This document shows positions 63,501 to 64,000 of a stretch of DNA of 64,000 bases, piece after piece. Position numbers and translations under genes: made by a program. Location: assembly GCF_963921235.1 (NCBI RefSeq), contig NC_086097.1, positions 1,054,001 through 1,118,000 on the forward strand, given 5' to 3'. Source of the stretch: Mobula hypostoma (lineage: Eukaryota). The first letter of the stretch is position 1; each line of letters starts with the position of its first letter. The notes under the pieces were generated by a model. It made no database searches. It saw only the letters and a program-made list of their open reading frames with translations, and was not told the DNA's origin.

Positions 63501-64000
63501 AATTGTAATGGGGGACTTCAGTAGTCAAGGGGATTGGGAAAATCAGGTTGGTAATGGATCAGAAGAGAGAGAATCGGTTGAATGCCTACAAGCTGGCTTT
63601 TTAGAGCAGCTCGTGCTTGAGCCTACTCAGGGAAAGGCTCTCTTAGATTGGGTGTTGTGTAATAACCCAGATCTTAATAGGGAGCTTAATGTAAAGGAAC
63701 CCTTGGGAGGCAGTGATCATAATATGATTAAATTCATATTGCATTTTGAGAGGGGGAAGCATAAGTCACATGTTTCAGTATCGCAATGGAATTAAGGGGA
63801 ACTACAGAGGCATGAGAGAGGAGCCCAGGTGGATTGGAGGAGGATACTGGTGGGGATGATGGCAGAACAGAGATGGCTGGTCTCTGAAAACAGTTCACAA
63901 GGTGAAGGATAGATATGTCCCACAGAGGAATAAGTTTTCAAATGGTAAGGGTAGGCAACCATGGCTAACAAATGAAGTTAAGGACTGCATAAAAACCAAG
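60540..64000 (+). mobile_element. Mosaic of CR1 fragments, including a younger 5'-truncated copy (~61360-62664) of the 26483-30385 subfamily
   Basis: RT and APE motifs; (ttctatg)n tail at 62643-62664. Confidence 0.9.

Overview
Eukaryotic (vertebrate) genomic DNA, most likely a cartilaginous fish (ray/shark-type repeat landscape; inference). The only host gene I can support is MLH3 (MutL homolog 3) on the minus strand. It has a CpG-island promoter near 55.2-55.6 kb, a 3304-nt first coding exon (55436-52133) and five small downstream exons (46515-46402, 39832-39753, 19455-19351, 19224-19152, 13877-13806) that splice in frame with GT-AG ends. The last of these carries the DQHA(X)2E(X)4E endonuclease motif; the remaining 3' exons were not found and probably lie left of the window. 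Most of the rest is transposon-derived: many nested CR1 LINEs, a Tx1-type L1, Rex1/Babar-like and RTE fragments, an I/Nimb-like 3' end, Penelope-like elements (PLEs) carrying minimal hammerhead ribozyme motifs, a Tc1 fragment, a MITE, and an internally deleted Academ (XPG-nuclease type) DNA transposon with intact TIRs and a 3-bp TSD just upstream of MLH3. Most notable observations: (1) MLH3 has a ~54-aa Gly/Glu insertion in its ATP lid plus several substitutions in MutL ATPase motifs, while the nuclease motif is intact; (2) a ~5-kb G-rich minisatellite full of 5' splice-site consensus copies and duplicated branch-point/acceptor segments sits immediately upstream of the nuclease exon; (3) PLE hammerheads, including a fold-back double-ribozyme insertion with a 14-bp TSD; (4) the Academ element. 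Family assignments and comparisons with human MLH3 come from recalled motif knowledge, not from database searches.
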